Positions 60,260 through 64,000 of a stretch of 64,000 nucleotides of DNA are shown here, one piece after another. The stretch spans positions 96,001-160,000 of the forward strand of contig JAHQWL010000040.1 in NCBI GenBank assembly GCA_029856155.1. Reading direction: 5' to 3'. The notes under the pieces were generated by a model. The model saw only the letters and a program-made list of their open reading frames with translations. It was not told the DNA's origin and did no database searches. Made by a program: the position numbers and the translations under genes. Within the stretch, counting starts at the first letter, position 1, and each line of letters starts with the position of its first letter. The DNA is from Promethearchaeia archaeon. GTDB taxonomy: Archaea; Asgardarchaeota; Lokiarchaeia; Sigyniarchaeales; SOKP01.

Positions 60260-61141
60260 CTATTTTGTTAATTTTTCTAATGTGCTAATTTTAGTATTAA
60301 TTTTTTTCAATTTAAGGTCAAATTCTTTATCTTTTTCCTTGAATTCATCCTCCGTAAGCTCTTTCGCATGGTATCTACCCTTACTAAGTTTTCTCTCTCC
60401 TGATATTTCTGCTTTTTCTAATTTTAAATCTTGAATCCATAATTTCATCCCTTCTATTAACTCTTCTCTATCAGTTTCTAGCTCAATTTTTTCTTGCTTA
60501 TATTTTTCTTTTAATTTTTCAAAAGTTTCTTTATCAACTTTATGTAGTTTATGTTCTCTCGCTAAATTTTCAAGTTGAAATATTTTAGTATCGATATCAT
60601 TTTGGATCCTTTGAACAATGAAAGGCTCTTCTAAGTTCTGCTTAATTACGTTCTCTTTTTGTTTTAATTCACTTATTAAGGTTTTTATTGCCTCTAATTT
60701 TAAGTTTACTTCTTTTTTAAATTCCATATTATAATCATACCTTTCATCTTTCGTTGATTTTGAAATTTCAGTTAATTTGTCAGCAAGAACTTTTTTATTT
60801 AATTGAATATCATTATATTCAATATAATAAACCATTTGTTCTTTAACTTCTTCAGGAAGAGGTTTTATACCTCTTTTTTCTTTATTTTTTTTGGAAATCT
60901 TCTTATCTTTATCTGTTTCTTCCCTATCTAAAATTCCATCCTTCTGTTCCTCATGCTTTTGTTCTTTTTCTTCTATTTTTTCTTCAACTTTAATTTCTTC
61001 TTCCTTTTTTATCTCTTCTTTTCTATCTAATCTTTTTGCTGCTTTTGGGATGTCAGTAAGCATTGGTTTACCGCAGATGATACAGTATTTATCTGTTTCT
61101 TTTACAGGATTACCACAATAGACACAAAACTTTGGGCTCAT
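60260..61141 (-). CDS. Zinc-ribbon + long coiled-coil protein (CdvA-like C-terminal motifs)
   Basis: CVYC/CIIC, charged linker, HKVDKETFEKLKEKY and KELTEDEFKEK. Confidence 0.6.
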   Translation of the reverse strand: MSPKFCVYCGNPVKETDKYCIICGKPMLTDIPKAAKRLDRKEEIKKEEEIKVEEKIEEKEQKHEEQKDGILDREETDKDKKISKKNKEKRGIKPLPEEVKEQMVYYIEYNDIQLNKKVLADKLTEISKSTKDERYDYNMEFKKEVNLKLEAIKTLISELKQKENVIKQNLEEPFIVQRIQNDIDTKIFQLENLAREHKLHKVDKETFEKLKEKYKQEKIELETDREELIEGMKLWIQDLKLEKAEISGERKLSKGRYHAKELTEDEFKEKDKEFDLKLKKINTKISTLEKLTK

Positions 61142-61305
61142 TACTTCACCATAAAAATATAGTTAGTAAATTATATGTTATCTTAAATTAAAATTATAAT
61201 TAAAATTAATTGAGTCCGATTTTTGAAATTCCTTATATTATGTTAAATTTTTAATCAAATTCAATAACAATCTATAAATTTAAGTCATTTTTAATGTAAT
61301 TAGAG

Positions 61306-62724
61306 ATGGATATTGAAAAGAAAATCCCAATACACATTGGATTGTTTGGACATATCGACTCTGGGAAGACGGCTATAGCAAAAGTAATTAGTGAAATAAT
61401 TTCTACAGCTGGTATTGATGCACATCCCCAAAGCAAAGAAAGAGGGATAACAATAGATCTGGGTTTTACAAGTTTTTTATTGGATAAGTATCTAATTACC
61501 TTAGTAGATGGCCCCGGTCATGCAGATCTAATAAAAATCAGTGCATCCTCAGTAGAAATTATTGATTGCGCTTTAATTGTCATAGATATTAATAAAGGCC
61601 CTCAAGTTCAAACGGGAGAGCATCTTGTTATGATCGAATCACTTAAAATCGATAAGATCCTTGTGATTCTCAATAAAATCGATCTTTTTACTGGAAACCT
61701 TGAAATAGAAATCAATAAAACAAGAGAATTTTTTGATTCGACCCCTTTCGGTCATGATGTTCCAATTTTTGCTGTTTCTGCAAAAAAGGAAGATGGGTTT
61801 GAAGAACTAAAAAATGGAATATTAGAGATGATTAATTCATTAAAAATTGAAAGACATAGTGAAGGAGATATTATAATTCCTATTGATCATCATTTCCCTA
61901 TAAAAGGTATGGGAGCAATATTAACAGGTACAATTTTAAATGGAACCCTAAGGTTAAATCAAAATTTAGAGGTATTACCAGTAAATACATCCGGTAGGGT
62001 AAAAAACATTCAAATATTCCACCAGAATGTAGAAATTGCGAAAGCTGGTGACAGAATTGGTGTTAATGTAAAAGGAATAGATTTGAAAAAAGTTTATCGG
62101 GGTTGTTATGCTACAAATAACCCAAGTGATTTTGATTATTGCAATATTATTGAAATAAAGGTAAATAACAATAAACTATTCAAACCCAAGACAAATTTTG
62201 GGACACAAGTTCATATTACGATTGGAATGGTAACAACTACTGGTAAAATTTATCCATATTATGAATTAGATGGAAAAAGAATTCAAACTACAATCAAAAA
62301 TAAAGATCGAGGGTTTAATGCTTTAATTTTATTTAAAGAAAAAGTTCTAATAAGAAAAAAGAGAACAATTATGCTACTTAGTCGATTAGATTTACCTCCT
62401 ACTACTTTAAGGATATTAGGCTCAGCAGAGTTATTGAAGATACATAGGAATCCACCTTTCTTTTATAAATACAAAACCAAAAGAGGGACAATAAAAAATC
62501 CTGAGCATCCACAAGGAATTATATGCATAGGATTGGCGCAAAGCCATATTGGGGCAAAGAAGATTATTGGAAAATTATTAGAATCCCCCTTTACAAAGGT
62601 GCTAAATACTTTTGGCACTAAAGGTGCTGTTATTGTGGGTGTTGAAAATGAAGACAAGAAGGTAAAAAAAGGAGATTCCGTGTTTCTAAAAGAATTAAGA
62701 AGTTATGAACTAAAAAACATTTAA
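61306..62724 (+). CDS. selB: Selenocysteine-specific elongation factor (aSelB/EFSec)
   Basis: GHIDSGKT, QSKERGITIDLGF, DGPGHADL, QTGEHL, IDHHFPIKGMG, FGTKG in the C-terminal domain. Confidence 0.92.
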   Translation: MDIEKKIPIHIGLFGHIDSGKTAIAKVISEIISTAGIDAHPQSKERGITIDLGFTSFLLDKYLITLVDGPGHADLIKISASSVEIIDCALIVIDINKGPQVQTGEHLVMIESLKIDKILVILNKIDLFTGNLEIEINKTREFFDSTPFGHDVPIFAVSAKKEDGFEELKNGILEMINSLKIERHSEGDIIIPIDHHFPIKGMGAILTGTILNGTLRLNQNLEVLPVNTSGRVKNIQIFHQNVEIAKAGDRIGVNVKGIDLKKVYRGCYATNNPSDFDYCNIIEIKVNNNKLFKPKTNFGTQVHITIGMVTTTGKIYPYYELDGKRIQTTIKNKDRGFNALILFKEKVLIRKKRTIMLLSRLDLPPTTLRILGSAELLKIHRNPPFFYKYKTKRGTIKNPEHPQGIICIGLAQSHIGAKKIIGKLLESPFTKVLNTFGTKGAVIVGVENEDKKVKKGDSVFLKELRSYELKNI

Positions 62725-62755
62725 ATTACTAAAAATTAATATTATCTTAACAGAG

Positions 62756-63199
62756 GTGTTAAAATTGGAAAAAGCTAATGATTCTGAAATTGACATCAGC
62801 CAAGATATCTTAGATGAATTAATGCGTGCTTTAGAGAAGTTGGAAGCTTCAACCGATTTGGAAGGAACGGCTGTAGTGTCAAAAACGGGGTTAAGAATTG
62901 CTAGTTCTGAAACTGCTGATGTTGTTTGGGATATTTATAGCGCCAGTCCTGCTACATTAATTTCCTTAGGGGAAAAAATTAGCCAAGGTTTACAACAAGG
63001 TGAATTAAGAGACATTGTTATTAGAGGAACTAAAGGATATACAATTATTTTGGTTGGATCTGCAGAGAATAATTTTATGTTATTTACTAATTGTAAAAAA
63101 GGATACAAGTTAGGGTATTATTTTCACAAGATTAGAAAATCCTTTAGAGAAATGGAACCTGTTTTAAAGAAAATTGAAACAAAAGATATGACTTATTAA
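62756..63199 (+). CDS. Roadblock/LC7 domain protein
   Basis: LEGTAVVSKTGLRIAS...GELRDIVIRGTKGYTII. Confidence 0.85.
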   Translation: MLKLEKANDSEIDISQDILDELMRALEKLEASTDLEGTAVVSKTGLRIASSETADVVWDIYSASPATLISLGEKISQGLQQGELRDIVIRGTKGYTIILVGSAENNFMLFTNCKKGYKLGYYFHKIRKSFREMEPVLKKIETKDMTY

Positions 63200-63292
63200 A
63201 CCAACTTGTTTATTTTTGGATTTTTGATTTATTTAAAAAAGAGAATTGAAGTTAAAATTCAATGTTAATATAATACATCTTTTTAAATAACC

Positions 63293-63685
63293 TTATTCTT
63301 TTATCAGCCATTTTACCTCATCTCCGTCATTTAATGGGTAGTCAGGAGCAGCCATATTTGGCGTATTATTATTAACCATATAAATCCACCCCCCACTAAT
63401 CCCATCTATTTCATTTACAAATATTCCCCAACCAAAATCAACGTATTTAACATCACACCATTTATCTAAAGCATCAAAGGCCGTTGTTTTGCCATTATCT
63501 AAAGTAAAATTTTCTTGAGCTTTAATGGTACCATTTTTGTAATCAACGATTAAAGAAATGTTGTTAACACTTTCTTTAGGTGGAGTAGTAGGATTATAAT
63601 TTAATTTGAAATTAACTATTAAAAGCAATGAAAAACTGGTTATTCCCGCAATTGCTATAAAGAAAAATTTCAATTTTTTATTCAT
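63293..63685 (-). CDS. DUF4430 (transcobalamin-like) secreted/anchored protein
   Basis: N-terminal TM, TAFDAL, GIFVNEIDG, WIYMVNN, LNDGDEVKW. Confidence 0.8.
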   Translation of the reverse strand: MNKKLKFFFIAIAGITSFSLLLIVNFKLNYNPTTPPKESVNNISLIVDYKNGTIKAQENFTLDNGKTTAFDALDKWCDVKYVDFGWGIFVNEIDGISGGWIYMVNNNTPNMAAPDYPLNDGDEVKWLIKE

Positions 63686-63727
63686 AGAATGGGTTCACTA
63701 ATTCAAAAAAAGAAAAATTTTTAATTT

Positions 63728-64000
63728 TTAGTTTGTTTTTATTTTCTTGCCTAAATTAGAAATCATTACTATTAAAGTTATAGCACTTATAGCACCAAGT
63801 AAAAATAAGGGAAACGATGGAATTCCTTGTTCAGTCTTTTGAAAATTTAATTCATAACCACTTAATTGTATCTCGAGATCAGGACCAAAAATACTCTGAA
63901 CTTTACTATAGACAAGAATACCAGTTGTTCTATCATAAATCATCGTACTATTTTGATTCTTATTATCTTGTTTAAAAGTAAATTCAACTATATAATCATA
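63728..64000 (-). CDS. C-terminal end of a secreted/membrane-anchored protein (runs off window end)
   Basis: YDRTTGILV and GIPSFPLFLL...KKIK C-terminal anchor. Confidence 0.6.
   Translation of the reverse strand, partial: YDYIVEFTFKQDNKNQNSTMIYDRTTGILVYSKVQSIFGPDLEIQLSGYELNFQKTEQGIPSFPLFLLGAISAITLIVMISNLGKKIKTN

Noticed and set aside
1798-62657. Short antisense/overlapping ORFs in the track (e.g. 3582-3914, 11492-11806, 37156-37560, 40468-40938, 58367-58714)
   Set aside because: They are shadows of well-supported genes on the other strand or frame and have no motifs.
1-64000. Selenoprotein genes (UGA readthrough) or SECIS elements, prompted by the Sec machinery
   Set aside because: The TGA-ending ORFs inspected end at plausible natural C-termini, and no convincing SECIS was seen by eye; a dedicated search is needed.
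1-64000. Transposases, integrases, proviruses or rRNA genes
   Set aside because: No recognisable motifs, terminal repeats or rRNA-like sequence were found.

Overview
AT-rich archaeal chromosomal window, most consistent with an Asgard archaeon (Lokiarchaeia-like). Support: archaeal ribosomal protein and SecY genes, a Vps28-like protein, a roadblock/LC7 protein, and selenocysteine machinery (tRNA-Sec, SepSecS, SelB/EFSec). Most of the window is housekeeping and metabolic genes. The main discovery is a set of short bulge-helix-bulge (BHB) introns inside protein-coding genes that the ORF track misses. Ribosomal protein uL11 is split by two introns (37 and 36 nt) around a 21-nt micro-exon, and a 56-aa zinc-ribbon gene is split by a 29-nt intron. 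In all three cases the cut sites predicted from BHB geometry restore the reading frame exactly, and two of the introns share an 11-nt sequence. The same splicing signals occur in a three-intron tRNA-Ile with the rare UAU anticodon and in a two-intron tRNA-Ser(GGA). Several genes also appear to start at AUU/AUC. All calls come from manual reading of the sequence; no database searches were run.
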